Assembly: GCA_963813335.1 (NCBI GenBank)
Contig: CAWEYL010000007.1
Coordinates: 1 to 64,000 of the forward strand
Direction: 5' to 3'
DNA from: an uncultured Chloroflexia bacterium
Lineage (GTDB): Bacteria > Chloroflexota > Limnocylindria > Limnocylindrales > CSP1-4
Length of the DNA stretch: 64,000 bases
This document shows positions 29,092-38,669 of the stretch, piece by piece (position 1 is the stretch's first letter; each line of letters starts with the position of its first letter). The notes beneath the pieces were generated by a model that saw only the letters and a list, made by a program, of their open reading frames with translations, had not been told where the DNA came from and ran no database searches. The translations under genes were made by a program, and so were the position numbers.

Positions 29092-29970
29092 TCAGAGCTC
29101 GAGCCCCTGCAGGTAGGCGCGGAACTCGGCGCCGAGGTCGGGCCGCGTGAGCGCGATCTCGACCGATGCCTTGAGCCAGCCCATGGTGGTGCCGGCGTCA
29201 TAGCGGATCCCCTCGAACTCGTAGGCGAAGACCGCCTGCTCCTGCATCAGGTCCGAGATCGCATCGGTCAGCTGGATCTCGCCGCCGGCGCCGCGCGGGG
29301 TCTGCTCGAGCTTGTCGAAGATCTTCGGCGTCAGCACGTAGCGCCCGATGATGGCCAGGTTGGAGGGCGCGTCGGCCGCCGCCGGCTTCTCGACCAGGCT
29401 CGTGACGCGGTGGAGCCGGCCGTGGTCCAGCGGGTCCTCCGACGGCTCGCTGCCGATCACGCCGTAGCGGCTGGTGTCCTCGGGCGGGACCTCCATGACG
29501 GCCACGACCGAGCCATGGGTCTGGGTGTAGGCGTGGATCAGCTGGCCGATGCACGGCCGGTCGGCGATGACCACGTCGTCGGGCAGGATCACCGCGAACG
29601 GCTCGTGGCCGATCAGGTCCTTCGCCATCAGGACCGCGTGGCCGAGGCCGAGCTGCTCCTTCTGGCGGACGTAGGCCACCTGGGCCAGGTCGCTGATATG
29701 GCGGACCTGCCGGAGCATCTCGATGTCGCCCTTCTCCTCGAGCAGATGCTCGAGCTCGTACGACAGGTCGAAGTGGTCCTCGATCGCCCGCTTCTGGCTG
29801 GAGGTGACGATGATGACCTGCTCGATCCCCGCGGCGACGGCCTCCTCGACCGCGTACTGGATGATCGGCTTGTCCACCAGCGGCAGCATCTCCTTGGGTT
29901 GCGCCTTGGTGGCGGGCAGGAAACGGGTGCCCCAGCCGGCGGCGGGGAAGACAGCCTTGCGGACGCGCAT
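29092..29970 (-). CDS. galU: UTP--glucose-1-phosphate uridylyltransferase
   Basis: RKAVFPAAGWGTRFLPATKAQPKEMLP, GLGHAV, VEKP and GEIQLTDA. Confidence 0.97.
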   Translation of the reverse strand: MRVRKAVFPAAGWGTRFLPATKAQPKEMLPLVDKPIIQYAVEEAVAAGIEQVIIVTSSQKRAIEDHFDLSYELEHLLEEKGDIEMLRQVRHISDLAQVAYVRQKEQLGLGHAVLMAKDLIGHEPFAVILPDDVVIADRPCIGQLIHAYTQTHGSVVAVMEVPPEDTSRYGVIGSEPSEDPLDHGRLHRVTSLVEKPAAADAPSNLAIIGRYVLTPKIFDKLEQTPRGAGGEIQLTDAISDLMQEQAVFAYEFEGIRYDAGTTMGWLKASVEIALTRPDLGAEFRAYLQGLEL

Positions 29971-30032
29971 CGAACCTCGCGAAGGACGGGTGGGCGGTGC
30001 CGGCAGTATACCGCGAGGGCCGTTCCGCCCGG

Positions 30033-30794
30033 TCAGGACGCCGGGTCGAGCGAACGCTCGAATCGGCGGAGCGCCTCGTTGAAGGCTGCCGGCCGATCGA
30101 GGTTGGAGAGGTGCGACGCCCCGGCCAGGCGCACCCGGTGCGCGCCGTGGGCGGACGTCGCGAACGACCGCGAGAAGAGTCGGAACGGCAGGTCCAGCTC
30201 GCCGTTGATGATCAGCGTCGGACCGGGATAGGCCTCCAGCTGCGGCCGGAAACGATGGCCGGCGACCGCGCGCAGGGCGCTCGCCCCGCCGAGCGACCAG
30301 AACCCGCCGGCGAGGATCGGATCGGCGACCTCCGCCGGGAAGCGCGTCCGGAAGAACCAGCGATTGAGGACGTCGAGCCGGGAGCTCGGGACCGACGTCA
30401 TGACCCGCGCCAGGGCCAGGTACGGGAGCATCTTCGGGCCGGTCGGCTCCGCGGTCGCCCCGGCCAGCACGAGCCCGCGGACGCGCTCGGGCGAGCGCGC
30501 GGCAAGCTCCATCGCGACATAGCCGCCGAGCGAGAGCCCGACCACGACCGCCCGCCGGTCGCTGGCGGCCGCGTCGATCGCCGCGGCGACATGGTCCGCC
30601 GCGCCCTCCAGGGTGAATGGCTGGTCCGCGAGGGTCCCGTGGCCGGGCAGGTCCACGGCGATCGTCCGGTACGTGTCGGCGAGCCCGGCCACCTGCGGGC
30701 CCCAGGCGGCGCGGGTGAGGCGGGTCCCGTGGACGAAGACGAACGTCGGCGCCCCGGACGGGCCGCTCACGGTGTAGCCGGGATCGGCGGTCAT
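30033..30794 (-). CDS. Alpha/beta fold hydrolase
   Basis: FVHG, DLPGHG, GLSLGG nucleophile elbow, GELD and ASH. Confidence 0.9.
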   Translation of the reverse strand: MTADPGYTVSGPSGAPTFVFVHGTRLTRAAWGPQVAGLADTYRTIAVDLPGHGTLADQPFTLEGAADHVAAAIDAAASDRRAVVVGLSLGGYVAMELAARSPERVRGLVLAGATAEPTGPKMLPYLALARVMTSVPSSRLDVLNRWFFRTRFPAEVADPILAGGFWSLGGASALRAVAGHRFRPQLEAYPGPTLIINGELDLPFRLFSRSFATSAHGAHRVRLAGASHLSNLDRPAAFNEALRRFERSLDPAS

Positions 30795-31573
30795 CGCTCG
30801 GTCGGCGTCCGGGGGGCGTGCCCGGGCGCCGATCCGCCGCCCGGGACGAGCCCGTGCTGCACGGCGAACAGCGCGGCCTGGGTGCGGCTGGCGAGCCCGA
30901 GCTTGGCCAGGATGTTCGAGACGTGGGTCCGGGCGGTCCGCTCCGCGATCCCGAGTTCCTCGGCGATCTCACGGTTCGACAGCCCGCGGGCCACGCCGGA
31001 CAGCACATCGCGCTCCCGGCCGGTCAGGGTGGCGAGGCTGGCCCGCGCGCTCCCCCGTCCGCGCGGGACCGCGCCCTCCCCGGCCCCCGCCGGGCCGCCG
31101 GGCTGGGGGCCGCGGGCGTTCGCGGACTTGGTGCCGGGGCCGGACCGGTCGCGCAGGCCCCGGGCCACGATCCCGGCGATCGCCGGGTCGAGGTGGACCT
31201 CGCCGGCGACGGCGGCACGGATGGCGGCGGCCAGGTCGTCGGCCTCGGCGTCCTTGAGCAGGAAGCCGCTCGCCCCGGCCTCGATGGCCGCGGTGACGCG
31301 ATCCTCGTCGACGAAGCTGGTCAGCGCGACGACCTCGACGCCCGGGTAGCGCGCCTTGATCTCGGCCGTGGCGGCGATGCCGTCCATGACCGGCATCAGC
31401 AGGTCCATGACGACGACGTCGGGATGCAGCGCCTCGACCGCGGCCAGCGCCTCGGCGCCATCCTGGGCCTCGCCGACCACCTCGAGGTCGTCGTGGAGCG
31501 CCAGGAAGTCGCGCATGCCGCGGCGGACCATCGCGTGGTCGTCGGCGAGCAGGATCCGGATGCGCTCGGCCAC
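30791..31573 (-). CDS. NarL/FixJ family response regulator with no adjacent kinase
   Basis: ILLADDH, MDLLMP, GFLLKD and LTGRERDVL..GLSNREIA..HVSNILAKL. Confidence 0.93.
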   Translation of the reverse strand: MAERIRILLADDHAMVRRGMRDFLALHDDLEVVGEAQDGAEALAAVEALHPDVVVMDLLMPVMDGIAATAEIKARYPGVEVVALTSFVDEDRVTAAIEAGASGFLLKDAEADDLAAAIRAAVAGEVHLDPAIAGIVARGLRDRSGPGTKSANARGPQPGGPAGAGEGAVPRGRGSARASLATLTGRERDVLSGVARGLSNREIAEELGIAERTARTHVSNILAKLGLASRTQAALFAVQHGLVPGGGSAPGHAPRTPTER

Positions 31574-31574
31574 G

Positions 31575-32617
31575 TCAGGGCCCGCCCGGGACCACGAGCG
31601 CACGGCCATCGTCGGCCAGCGCATCGGCGTCGCCTGTCGGCCGCGTCGCCGGCCCCGCGCTGGAGGATGACCGCGGCGGCCAGGATCGCCAGCGCGCCGA
31701 CCGCCTGGAGCGGCACGAGCGATTCACCCAGCAACCAGGCGGCCAGGGCGACCCCGACGACCGGTTCGAAGAGCATCAGGATCCCCGCCCGCGTCCCGCC
31801 GATCGCCCGGATCCCGGTCAGGAACCCGATGGACGGGATCGCCGCCGCGAAGATCCCGGTGAACAGCAGGAGCGGCAGGAGCGAGGGCGAGCGGACCGGC
31901 TCGACCAGCGCGGCCGCGTGGCCCGAGACGATCGAGACCAGGCCCGCGCCGACCACCGTGAACCCCAGGATCACGGCCATCACCTGCTCGGTGGGAACCG
32001 TCGGGTAGCCGTCGCGACTGGTGACCATGAAGACGGTCTGGCTGAGCGCGGCCCCGAGCGCCAGGCCGAACCCGAGCGCGTCGAAGCGGATGCCGGCCGC
32101 GGGGTCCAGCTGCGACGCGACGACCGCGACCATGCCCGCCAGAGCGAGGACGAGCGCCACGACCCGCCGGCGGTCGAGCCGGTCCCGCCCGAGGACGGTG
32201 TTGGCGACGGCGACGATCGCCGGGTACGTGTAGAAGCCGAGGAGCGCGAGCGCGACCGTGATCCGGTCGAACGCGATGAACATGGCGAGGTTGAGCGTGA
32301 AGCCCATCGTCGCGGCGAGCAGCAGCATCCGGCGCGCCCTCCCCGGCAGGGTCGCCCAGCGAGTCGAGCGAGATGTCGCCGCGCCGAGCCCGCCAAGCAA
32401 CGAACACGGCTGTCCCCAGCAGCCCGACGAGCGCGCGCCAGGTCACGAACGCCGGCGGCTCCATGCCCGCGTCGTAGGCGAACCGGGACAGCGGCCCGAG
32501 CATGCCGAAGAGCGCCGCCGAGCCCACCACGATGGCCATGCCGGTCGCCGGCGAAAGCGCGACCGCGGGAGCGGTCGTCCGTTCGGCTGAGGTCCCGGTC
32601 GTCGGTGGCGGCGGCAT
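31575..32617 (-). CDS. EamA/DMT family transporter; apparent frameshifts near 32356 and 31635
   Basis: About ten TM segments, ALLGFYTYPAIV and RAGILMLFEPV; N- and C-termini lie in different frames. Confidence 0.85.
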
Positions 32618-32646
32618 CCGGCCATGGTAGGGCGGACGGGGCGAGG

Positions 32647-33756
32647 TCAGCCGGGTGCGTGCCCCGTCGCGGGCTCGGGCGGTGTCTCGTTGGCCGCGGC
32701 CAGCTGCTCGGCGGCCGGGGACTCGTGCCGCGTCCGGCCGAGGACGATCGTGGTGAACGGGACCCGGAACTCGCGGAAGACGTCGATCGAGACCAGGAAC
32801 CCGGCGAACAGGAAGATCACGCCGACGAACTTGCCCGACTGGAACAGGCCGGTCACCCCGAATCGGCTGAGGATGTCGCCGGTCGCGGCGACCAGCGCGC
32901 CGAGCGCGATGAGGATGGTCGCCGGCACCCGGCTGTGGATCCGGCCCGTGACGAGCGCCCGCAGCGCGGCTGGCAGCGACGCGACGAGGTTGACGGTGAT
33001 GGCCACGGGCGCGATCAGCAGGTTGAACAGGAACTCGTCCCCCGGCTGGTTCGGGTCCAGCGAGTAGCCCAATACACGTCGCTTCGGCATGAACACGTAC
33101 GCCGAGAAGATGGCGCCGAGGATGAGCGCGAACGCGCCCGTGATGTTCATGAACGGGGTGAGCAGCCGGAGCTGCGGCGGCAGCAGCGACGCGACCGGGA
33201 CGCCGGTCGCGGGGTCCAGCGCATAGCCCGGGGCAGGCAGCGTCGCGACCGCCATCAGGACGATCGAGAGGACGGTCGCCCCCACCACCGCGCCGACCGC
33301 GAGCATCGGCCAGCGGTCGTTCTGGAAGTACGTCTCGACCGCGACCGCGAGCGCCAGGAGGGCCGCCGCGATCAGGTACAGCAGGGGCAGCGTCCCGGCC
33401 CCGGCATACTCGGGCTTGTTGCGGACGAGGAACGTGAACAGGCCGGCCAGGAACAGGCAGAGCGCGAAGCTGTAGCCGAACCGGGTGCGACCGAGCAGGA
33501 CGGCCGTCCCCAGCCCCAGCCAGCCGGCGGTCCAGACGGCGCCCGTGAGGTACCAGGTCCGGTACAGGGCCTCGTTCCAGCCGCTCGCGCCCCCGATGGC
33601 CTCGCAGGCCGAGCCGATGCCGTAGAAGAGCATGCCGATCGCCCAGATGAGCTGGAACCCGCCGCGCCGGAGCCGCCACTGGTCGAACAGCAGCAGCGAG
33701 AACGCCAGGGCGAGGATGGCGGTCAGCGTCGGGAGCACGACCCGGGCGTCCATCAC
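32647..33756 (-). CDS. Multi-pass membrane protein of unknown function
   Basis: About ten hydrophobic segments; WAIGMLFYG...E and YRTWYLTGA motifs; start overlaps the HTH gene stop. Confidence 0.8.
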   Translation of the reverse strand: MMDARVVLPTLTAILALAFSLLLFDQWRLRRGGFQLIWAIGMLFYGIGSACEAIGGASGWNEALYRTWYLTGAVWTAGWLGLGTAVLLGRTRFGYSFALCLFLAGLFTFLVRNKPEYAGAGTLPLLYLIAAALLALAVAVETYFQNDRWPMLAVGAVVGATVLSIVLMAVATLPAPGYALDPATGVPVASLLPPQLRLLTPFMNITGAFALILGAIFSAYVFMPKRRVLGYSLDPNQPGDEFLFNLLIAPVAITVNLVASLPAALRALVTGRIHSRVPATILIALGALVAATGDILSRFGVTGLFQSGKFVGVIFLFAGFLVSIDVFREFRVPFTTIVLGRTRHESPAAEQLAAANETPPEPATGHAPG

Positions 33757-34475
33757 TCGGTCGCCGCCTGATGGGTGGCGATGAACCGAAGGAGGAGACG
33801 GTCGAGCAAGGCGGACGCGTCCTCGTAGAGCGCGCCGAGACGCGCCGGGTCGAGGGTCCGCCGCCGGCCGAGGCCGGCGAGCTCGGCGAGGAACGGGCGG
33901 CGGGCCGCCACGAACAGGGCGACCGCCTCGGTCAGGCTGACGTGGGCGGTCGCCAGCCGTCGGGCCAGGTCGTCGACGAGGCCCTCGGCGTCCGCTTCGG
34001 CCGCCGCGCGCGCCGCGCCGTCGCCCGGATCCGCGTCGAGGTGCGCGACGAGCGCGGCGACCAGGCGCCGCCCGTCGCTCCGGTAGGCCGCCCGGTCGTC
34101 GTCGTCGACGGCCGTACGGACCAGGTCGGCCGGGGCGTCCGTCGCGCTGTAGCTGCGGCGATAGACGCGCTGGAGCCGCTCGGGGGTCGCGCCAAGGCTC
34201 GCCAGCGGACGGGCGGAGGGGCGGGTCGTGCGCCGGCCCATGCCGGGACGGCGTTCCGAGGCGAGCCGCTCCAGCGCGCGGCGGTCGAAGCGGCGGTGGC
34301 CGCCCGGGGTCGTATAGACCGCGACCCGGCCCTCATCGGCCCAGCGGCGGAGCGTGCCCGGGTCGACGCCGAGGAGCGCGCTGGCCGGGCCGAGCGACAG
34401 CCACGAACGGGCCGCGGCCGGGCCGGGAGCGGGAGCGGGTGCAGCGAGCGCGACGGACGAAGGGGCGGGCGGCAT
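33753..34475 (-). CDS. MerR/excisionase-like HTH protein with an all-helical C-terminal domain
   Basis: WLSLG.AS.LLGVDPGTLRRWADEG......TPGGHRRF winged-HTH motif. Confidence 0.85.
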   Translation of the reverse strand: MPPAPSSVALAAPAPAPGPAAARSWLSLGPASALLGVDPGTLRRWADEGRVAVYTTPGGHRRFDRRALERLASERRPGMGRRTTRPSARPLASLGATPERLQRVYRRSYSATDAPADLVRTAVDDDDRAAYRSDGRRLVAALVAHLDADPGDGAARAAAEADAEGLVDDLARRLATAHVSLTEAVALFVAARRPFLAELAGLGRRRTLDPARLGALYEDASALLDRLLLRFIATHQAATE

Positions 34476-34618
34476 CGTGCCTCGCAGACGGACCCGGGCG
34501 GCGCCGGACCCTGGGAGAGGGCGCCGACGGGTCGGTCGGCTGGGGGGAAGCCGAGCCGACCCGTCGACACGGGAATCTATGCAAATCTGGGGACGGCTCG
34601 GCTGGCCCGAGCGGGCGG

Positions 34619-34648
34619 AGGATAGGTCCGGCCCGACGGCCCTGTCAA
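34619..34648 (-). promoter_or_regulatory. Sigma70-type promoter of the HTH/membrane-protein operon
   Basis: TTGACA (34648-34643), 18-nt spacer, TATCCT (34624-34619). Confidence 0.7.
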
Positions 34649-34655
34649 ACCCGCG

Positions 34656-35015
34656 TCAGGCGGGGACGAACTCGTGGTCGTCGCGGTGGATCCCGTCGCA
34701 CAGGCCCCAGCGCGTGGCGCCGTCGGGGCCGACGATCGGCACGGGCCGCATGATCTCGCGGACCTCGCCACGACGGCAGAACAGGTAGCCCTTCGCGGCC
34801 ATCCAGTGGCGGACGTGGGCGGGGTCGCCGTGGAACTGGAACGGCCCCGGATTGATCGCCGGGCGCCCGGCCCACGAGACCGGCGTCTCGGCGGTGACGA
34901 TGTCGAGGAGGTTGATCCGCCAGGGCGTGCCGTCGATGACCTCGAGGCAGCCGTCGCACCGCTTCGACACGTTGTCGTCGGTGATCGTGCGGATCGTCAC
35001 GCCCATGATCTCCAT
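34656..35015 (-). CDS. Small hypothetical protein with Cys/His motifs
   Basis: KRCDGC, FQFH...H, FCRR and GLCDGIH..DHEF; TACCAT -10 element just upstream. Confidence 0.75.
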   Translation of the reverse strand: MEIMGVTIRTITDDNVSKRCDGCLEVIDGTPWRINLLDIVTAETPVSWAGRPAINPGPFQFHGDPAHVRHWMAAKGYLFCRRGEVREIMRPVPIVGPDGATRWGLCDGIHRDDHEFVPA

Positions 35016-35074
35016 CGCCGGCGATGGTAGCAGGGGGAGCGCGGAGCGCGAGGGACGGCCGGTGGCGGGCGGCC

Positions 35075-35233
35075 TCAGCGGGACTGGAGCGACGACATCA
35101 CCGAACCGCCGAGCGAGGGGACGTGCGGTTTCGGCAGGGCCTTGCAGGAGCTCAGACCACCCGCCAGGACGATGGCAAGGATGACCATCGGGATGCAACG
35201 CGAACGCCGGGAGCGCCGTCCAGCGTTGCGCAT
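35075..35233 (-). CDS. Putative 52-aa lipoprotein (not in the ORF track)
   Basis: MRNAGRRSRRSRCIPMVILAIVLAGGLSSCKALPKPHVPSLGGSVMSSLQSR; ATG overlaps the upstream TGA (TGATG); lipobox LSSC. Confidence 0.45.
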   Translation of the reverse strand: MRNAGRRSRRSRCIPMVILAIVLAGGLSSCKALPKPHVPSLGGSVMSSLQSR

Positions 35234-35847
35234 CAAGACGGCCCCAAGGTGTCGATGACCAGTTCCGCGAAGGTGGAGACCACTTCAGGGACCGCTGCCT
35301 CCGCGAATCCCAGGATGGCCACGGTCATGCTCCGGCCGTCAGGCAGCATCATCAGGTAGTCGACCTCCTGGGCGGTCGGTGCGGAACCAAGGCTGAACGC
35401 GTACGCCAGCCGGACAGCCGGTCCGGACGCCAGCGACACGGTGGTCTGGTCGATGTTCCCGGCGCCGAAGACCGCCGTGTCCAGCTGGCGCTGGCGCTGC
35501 ACGAACGCATCGATCGACGCATCCCCCAATTCGATGATCACGACGACGGCGGCGGTGTCGAACCCGCCGATCAACGTCGGCATCTGACCCGTCATCCGCA
35601 GCCGCATCTTGCCGGAAGTCGCCAGCTCGTTGGTCGACTCGATGCTGGCGACTTCCGCGGGGGACAGCGACCCCTCGGACGGATCAAAGGTCTGGCGGGG
35701 GTCTTCGTCCTGCCACTCCGGCGGGACGGCGAGGTGCATCGCCGGATCCGACCACGTCCGATACGTCCATCCGGCCGGGATCGGGCGCGGCGTCGGCGTC
35801 GGGGTCGGGGCGGTCGCGCATGCGGAGATCAGCAGCGCGACCACCAT
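35233..35847 (-). CDS. Hypothetical lipoprotein; start may lie a few codons upstream
   Basis: Lipobox ISAC, PT linker, then a PsbP/DUF1795-like pattern (HLAVPPEW...GPAVRLAY). Confidence 0.65.
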   Translation of the reverse strand: MVVALLISACATAPTPTPTPRPIPAGWTYRTWSDPAMHLAVPPEWQDEDPRQTFDPSEGSLSPAEVASIESTNELATSGKMRLRMTGQMPTLIGGFDTAAVVVIIELGDASIDAFVQRQRQLDTAVFGAGNIDQTTVSLASGPAVRLAYAFSLGSAPTAQEVDYLMMLPDGRSMTVAILGFAEAAVPEVVSTFAELVIDTLGPS

Positions 35848-35907
35848 GGCTCCGACTCTGAGCACGACAGGGCTCCAGCAGTGACCGTCTCGTCGGGCGC
35901 CCTGAGG

Positions 35908-35984
35908 TGGTACCCCCAAGGGGATTCGAACCCCTGATCTCCACCTTGAAAGGGTGGCGTCCTAGGCCTCTAGACGATGGGGGC
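35908..35984 (-). tRNA. tRNA-Glu (anticodon TTC), CCA encoded
   Basis: Cloverleaf with acceptor GCCCCCA/TGGGGGT, anticodon arm CCACC-CTTTCAA-GGTGG, T-arm AGGGG-TTCGAAT-CCCCT and ACCA end. Confidence 0.97.
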
Positions 35985-36026
35985 AGGGGCGCACGGACCG
36001 GGGCCGAGTCTAGCAGAGGGACCCTG

Positions 36027-36410
36027 TCAGCCCGCCGTCTGGCGAAGCAGGATGAGGATGATCGCGCCCGCCACGCAGCCGGCTCCGATCATCGCCGCGA
36101 GCCCACCTCCCACGGCCAGCGCGAGGGCTCGTCCGTCGCGTCCGGCGAGGCTCGAGCGCCACACCGCCCGCGCGCAATACGCGGCGAGCGCGATGAACAC
36201 GATCGCCAGGATCACGAGCCCCGACACCAGCAGCGGGATCTGCGACGCGTCGCGGACGGTGAGGACGAACACCGTGTACACGACCGACCCGATGAGCGCG
36301 ATCGCCAGGATCACGACGCCGGGCGAGATGCGCCGGCCCGGGCGGGCGTCGGCGCCGGACGCGGCGGGCGTCGAGCGCGGGTCCGGGCGGGCCTGTCGAG
36401 AGGAGGTCAT
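36027..36410 (-). CDS. Small three-TM membrane protein
   Basis: Three hydrophobic helices; TAGGCT -10 element just upstream. Confidence 0.7.
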   Translation of the reverse strand: MTSSRQARPDPRSTPAASGADARPGRRISPGVVILAIALIGSVVYTVFVLTVRDASQIPLLVSGLVILAIVFIALAAYCARAVWRSSLAGRDGRALALAVGGGLAAMIGAGCVAGAIILILLRQTAG

Positions 36411-36455
36411 CGGCGCGAAGCCTACCAGCCGATGCCGTCGGACCCGCCCGGCGGG

Positions 36456-37097
36456 CTACCCGACGGGCGTCGCCCGCGGGGCCGCGCCGTCGCCGAAGGA
36501 GCGGTGGTAGACCGCGACGTTGTACGAGAGCCGTGGCCGCGTCATCGCCGCGCCGACCGCCTTGCCGGGCTCGCCGAACGCGTCGGCGAGGAAGCCCTGG
36601 CCGTCCTCGATCGACTCGAAGGTCCAGAAGCAGTGGATGACCCGGATCTTGAACCCACCGCGCAGGAACGGCCCGTCGCGGCGGCTCCACTGGCCGTACT
36701 CGGGCCGGTCGTCGTGCAGCCGCGACACGTCGTCGCGGCCGTAGTCGTGGACCGCCAGAAGGCGTCCGCCGGGTCGCAGGATCCGGGCGACCTCCGCCAT
36801 CTCCGTGGGGAGGACGCCGCGGAACGAGGTCCAGCAGCCGACGACGACGTCGATCGACGCGTCGTCGACCTCGGCCGCCGGCGTGCCGTCGATGGGCCCG
36901 CCGACCACGACGCGGGCGCCGAGCCCCTCGAGCTGCGCCGCACGGATCCCGCCCGGCTGCCCGTCGACGAGGTACACGTCCCGGCCGGCGACCGGCCCGA
37001 GGGTCTCGAGGGCGCGCGGGATCTTGGCCTCGACATCGAGGGCGCGCTGAAGCCGTCCCGCCAGAGCGGCGTCCAGCTCGATCGGGTAGTCGGCCAT
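36456..37097 (-). CDS. Degenerate SAM-methyltransferase-like protein
   Basis: DDASIDVVV and EVARILRPGGRLL present but motif I is degenerate; TATACT upstream. Confidence 0.65.
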   Translation of the reverse strand: MADYPIELDAALAGRLQRALDVEAKIPRALETLGPVAGRDVYLVDGQPGGIRAAQLEGLGARVVVGGPIDGTPAAEVDDASIDVVVGCWTSFRGVLPTEMAEVARILRPGGRLLAVHDYGRDDVSRLHDDRPEYGQWSRRDGPFLRGGFKIRVIHCFWTFESIEDGQGFLADAFGEPGKAVGAAMTRPRLSYNVAVYHRSFGDGAAPRATPVG

Positions 37098-37122
37098 CGA
37101 AGGCGGCAGTATAGGGTCGCGC

Positions 37123-38619
37123 TCAGCCGAGACGTAGCACGGAACCGCTTCGTGCGCCGAGCACGAGTGCCGAGCCGTCGACCTCGGGCGATGGCCCATC
37201 GGCCCCGTCCGCCGCGGTCGAGAAGACCGGCTCGAGGCGCGCCCGGTCGCCCGCTCCCTCGAGCCCGACCTCCAGCCGGGCCGGCTCGTCCGAGGCGTTG
37301 ACGGCCACGACGAGACGCGCGTCCCCGAGCCGCCGGTCGATGGCCACGGCCCCGCCCTCCGCCGCGACCACAGTGGTGCTCCCAGCCCGCAGCGCGGGTT
37401 CCGCTCGGCGCAAGCCGACCAGGTCGCGGACATACGCGTGCAGCGGGCCATCCCAGCGCGACTCGTCCCACGGGAAGGCGCCGCGGCAGTCCGGGTCGTT
37501 CCCGCCGGCCAGGCCCACCTCGTCCCCGTAGTAGAGGCACGGCGCGCCGGGCAGGGTCAGCTGGAGGAGCGCGGCGATGCGCACGCCGTCCGGATCCCCG
37601 CCGAGGATCGAGCGCAGCCGCGGCGTGTCGTGCGAGCCCAGCAGGTTGAACTGGACGGCGACGACGTCGGGGTCGTAGGCCGCGAGCAGCTCGCCGAGCC
37701 GCGCGGCGAAGGCGGGCCCGTCGATCGGGGTGATCGTCGCGCCGTACTCGCGGTGCGCGTGGACGACGCCCATGTCCAGGTGCGAACCGCCCGCGAACCC
37801 GAGGATCGCCTCCGCGAGCGGGTAGTCCATCAGGGCGTCGAAACGGCCGCCGGACAGCCATTCCGGGGCCACGCGCCAGATCTCGCCGACCAGGTAGGCG
37901 TCGGGCCGGATCGCGCGGCAGCGCGCCCGGAACTCCTCCCAGAACCCGGGTTCGTGGATCTCGTCGGGGACGTCGAGCCGCCAGCCGTCGGTGCCGAACC
38001 GCAGCCAGTGCTCGGCGACGCTCATCAGGTACTCGCGGACGGCAGGGTCGGCGGCGTTCAGCCGCGGGAGGGCCGGGATCCCCCACCACGCCTCGTAGCC
38101 GATCTGGCTCGACGGCGTCCCGAACGGCGGGTAGGCGAGGATCGGCCGGCCCGCGTCGAGTGCGCCCTGGTCGAAGTGGAACCAGGAGCGGTACGGCGAC
38201 GACGCCCCGGTCTCAAGGACGTGATGGAACGGCCAGAAGCCGCGCCCCGTGTGGTTGAAGACCCCGTCGAGGATCACCCGCATCCCGCGGCCATGGGCCG
38301 CGTCGAGCAGTTCGCGCAGGGCGGCGTCGCCACCGAGGAGCGGGTCGACCGTGAAGTAGTCGTAGGTGTGGTAGCGGTGGTTCGACGCCGACGAGAAGAC
38401 CGGGTTGAGGTAGATCGCGTCGATCCCCAGGTCCTCGAGGTAGGGCAGGCGCTCGGCGATCCCCAGCAGGTCGCCGCCCTTGAAGCCGGTCGCCGTCGGC
38501 GGCGCGTCCCACGGCTGGAGAGGCCCGGGCTTGGGGACCCGCTCGCTCGCGGCGAAGCGGTCCGGGAAGATCTGGTAGAAGACCGCATCGCGGGCCCAGG
38601 CCGGCGTGTCGACAGGCAT
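37123..38619 (-). CDS. Glycoside hydrolase family 13 (neopullulanase/cyclomaltodextrinase-like)
   Basis: FYQIFPDRF, LDGVFNH, DGWRLDV, GEIW, LLGSHD and YYGDEVG. Confidence 0.93.
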   Translation of the reverse strand: MPVDTPAWARDAVFYQIFPDRFAASERVPKPGPLQPWDAPPTATGFKGGDLLGIAERLPYLEDLGIDAIYLNPVFSSASNHRYHTYDYFTVDPLLGGDAALRELLDAAHGRGMRVILDGVFNHTGRGFWPFHHVLETGASSPYRSWFHFDQGALDAGRPILAYPPFGTPSSQIGYEAWWGIPALPRLNAADPAVREYLMSVAEHWLRFGTDGWRLDVPDEIHEPGFWEEFRARCRAIRPDAYLVGEIWRVAPEWLSGGRFDALMDYPLAEAILGFAGGSHLDMGVVHAHREYGATITPIDGPAFAARLGELLAAYDPDVVAVQFNLLGSHDTPRLRSILGGDPDGVRIAALLQLTLPGAPCLYYGDEVGLAGGNDPDCRGAFPWDESRWDGPLHAYVRDLVGLRRAEPALRAGSTTVVAAEGGAVAIDRRLGDARLVVAVNASDEPARLEVGLEGAGDRARLEPVFSTAADGADGPSPEVDGSALVLGARSGSVLRLG

Positions 38620-38669
38620 GCGGCCCAGTGTGGCGGCTCGGAGCCGGTGCTGCGGTACGATCGGCACCC

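Noticed and set aside
35860-35984. tRNA-Glu as an integration site of a prophage or ICE
   Set aside because: I found no duplicated tRNA 3' end, integrase or phage gene in the window
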